Source of the DNA: a bacterium
GTDB lineage: Bacteria; SZUA-182; DTGQ01
Direction of reading: 5' to 3'
Assembly (NCBI GenBank): GCA_040752695.1
Contig: JBFMGO010000115.1
Location: forward strand, 1 to 19,238
DNA: 19,238 nt
Below are positions 17,403 through 19,238 of this stretch, piece by piece; within the stretch, counting starts at the first letter, position 1, and each line of letters opens with the position of its first letter. The notes below the pieces were generated by a model that made no database searches, had not been told where the DNA came from, and worked only from the letters and a program-made list of their open reading frames with translations. Position numbers and translations under genes: made by a program.

Positions 17403-18534
17403 CTAACAAACTCCTGAAAAGGGCTTCCGTCTGCTCCGCAGTTCTAGCCCAGTTGAATTTTCCCAATACGCTCATTTTTGCTTTTGCGCCAGCCGACTCT
17501 ACCGATTCTCTTGGCTCATCGGTTATGCGCTTCACCCTGTGCACAAATGCTTCTTTGTTATCTTTTGGAAATAAAAACCCGCTGACTCCATTTTCCATCA
17601 CTTCACGATGTGCCGAAATATCTGAAGCAATGCAAAACCTCCCATATGACAGGGCTTCCAGAATCGTAATAGGAAGTCCTTCATCCTGTGAGGGAGCCAG
17701 TAAGGTAAGACAATTACTGAGTAGTTCAGCCTTTTCCCTGCCAAAGACCGGGCCGGTAAAAATAACCTGCGGGCTGGCAGCAGCTTTGAGCCTGAGACTG
17801 TGTAAATAAGCCTTTGTGGCAGGGTCCTGGGCGCCGCCGGCAATGACGAGCTTTATATCCTTTCGTAATACGGGAAGTAAATCCAAAAGCCAATCCACTC
17901 TTTTGATCGGATCAATCCGGCCGAGAAACAACAGGTAATCCAACCCGTTGAGTGTATACTTATCCCTGATGACCTGAGCCGGATACAACAAAACCTCGTC
18001 GAGGCCGCTCGGAAGTACCTGTGCGTCTACCTGAAAGTCCTGTTTAATCTTCTTCCGCAAGTGATCGGCAACAGTCGTCACTGAATCCGCATGAGTAACC
18101 CCCAGCCTGAAAGCGTGCCTGATCATAGAGCGCGCAAAAGGACCATACTTTGGATTCATCCAGCCTGATTCAACACCATGCGTTGTCACTACCGTGGCTT
18201 TTCCTCCTTTGCGGATAACGGGAAGAAAATAATAGGAGGCATATCCATGACAGTTGACAATGTCGTAATTTCCAAAGACAATAAACAGAGTAGCTAATAA
18301 GGCATTCTGTAATGCAGCCGTCGCTTTGAGAGGAATCACGGGAAGAGCTTTAATGCGAATACCCTCATATGTTTTCCCGGCATAGTCGCGGCAAAACCAG
18401 CTTGAGCCGAACACCGTTACTTCATGCCCGCGCTCGACCAGCCGTTTTCCCACCTCCTCGATATACTTCTCAATACCGCCCCATTTGGCAGGAATACCCT
18501 TGGTACCAACCATAGCAATCCGCATCATAGTCAT
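17389..18534 (-). CDS. GT4-family glycosyltransferase
   Basis: MRIAMVGTKGIPAKWGGIEKY, LFLGRIDPIK, PSQDEGLPITILEALSYG. Confidence 0.93.
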   Translation of the reverse strand: MTMMRIAMVGTKGIPAKWGGIEKYIEEVGKRLVERGHEVTVFGSSWFCRDYAGKTYEGIRIKALPVIPLKATAALQNALLATLFIVFGNYDIVNCHGYASYYFLPVIRKGGKATVVTTHGVESGWMNPKYGPFARSMIRHAFRLGVTHADSVTTVADHLRKKIKQDFQVDAQVLPSGLDEVLLYPAQVIRDKYTLNGLDYLLFLGRIDPIKRVDWLLDLLPVLRKDIKLVIAGGAQDPATKAYLHSLRLKAAASPQVIFTGPVFGREKAELLSNCLTLLAPSQDEGLPITILEALSYGRFCIASDISAHREVMENGVSGFLFPKDNKEAFVHRVKRITDEPRESVESAGAKAKMSVLGKFNWARTAEQTEALFRSLLDERK

Positions 18535-18550
18535 GAATCACCTGCCGCCA

Positions 18551-19237
18551 TCAGATGGCGTGACCCTCATCTGAAGTGGCATCACCTGACGTGACATCAC
18601 GTGAAGCGGCATCACCTGGAGCGGCATCACCTGGAGCGGCATCACCTGGAGTGGCATCACCTGAAGTAGTATCACCTGAAGTGACCATCTTCACTATTTC
18701 CTGCTCCCAGTCGAAGAGGAAATGATTGCAGCGTTCATGGGATAACATCCGGGCCCTTTGATAAAAATCAGCATCAAACCGCAGGCGCTTTATCTTATTA
18801 ACGAGAACCTCATGGCAATCCAGGGGGAAGAGCAAATCCTCATACCGGAGAACCTCCGTTATTTCATCGATTTCGGTTCCCAGGCAGGGGACCCCGCACC
18901 CAAGAGCCTCGAGCAGGGCATTCGGAGAGCCTTCAAACCTGCTGGGGAAAACATATACATCGGAACTGGCTACAAAAGGGGATGGATCGCTTTGCCATCC
19001 GGTAAAAATGATAACGTTATCGAGGCCCAATTGGTGCGTGAGGCTTTTGAGTCGGGAGCTCTCGCCATTTGGCGCAACCTCGTCTCCGATAATAAGCAAT
19101 TTTATCCCATCCTTATGGAGTGCTGACATGGCCTCAATAAGATAGCCAAAATTTTTCCCCCGATTAAAGGTACCGGAAGTAGACAGGAGGAACTCCTTTG
19201 GGTATACTCCCAAAAGTTGACGAAAAGCGCTTCTTCT
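18551..19237 (-). CDS. GT4-family glycosyltransferase, 5'-partial (frame open to the window edge)
   Basis: FTGWQSD and DVYVFPSRFEGSPNALLEALGCG, with a repeat-derived C-terminal tail. Confidence 0.9.
   Translation of the reverse strand, partial: RRSAFRQLLGVYPKEFLLSTSGTFNRGKNFGYLIEAMSALHKDGIKLLIIGDEVAPNGESSRLKSLTHQLGLDNVIIFTGWQSDPSPFVASSDVYVFPSRFEGSPNALLEALGCGVPCLGTEIDEITEVLRYEDLLFPLDCHEVLVNKIKRLRFDADFYQRARMLSHERCNHFLFDWEQEIVKMVTSGDTTSGDATPGDAAPGDAAPGDAASRDVTSGDATSDEGHAI
18567..18686. repeat. 15-bp tandem repeat, 8 copies, in coding sequence
   Basis: Consensus TCACCTGRAGYGGCA, encoding TSGDT TSGDA TPGDA APGDA APGDA ASRDV TSGDA TSD. Confidence 0.9.
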
Positions 19238-19238
19238 G

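Overview
Minus-strand bacterial surface-polysaccharide/glycosylation cluster linked to an exosortase. Gene order in the direction of transcription: partial GT4, GT4, hexapeptide acyltransferase, [insertion], EpsH-EpsI exosortase, long WecA/MraY-like transferase, GT4, Wzy/O-antigen-ligase-like membrane protein, CapK/phenylacetate-CoA-ligase-like protein, rfbB, rfbA, DegT aminotransferase, two gene remnants, and a SAM methyltransferase. The most notable signal is a ~3.76 kb insertion (13096-16852) between the acyltransferase stop and the exosortase RBS. It is bounded by a 7-bp direct repeat and IS-like ends, and carries a decayed IS630 transposase fragment plus a large, probably secreted cargo protein with a candidate sigma-54 promoter. 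Intergenic DNA holds three MITE-like families, two of which share a GTCATTC...GAATGAC hairpin. It also holds several short tandem arrays at gene junctions and a 70-bp diverged copy of the DegT 3' end. All calls come from reading the sequence by eye; no searches were run.
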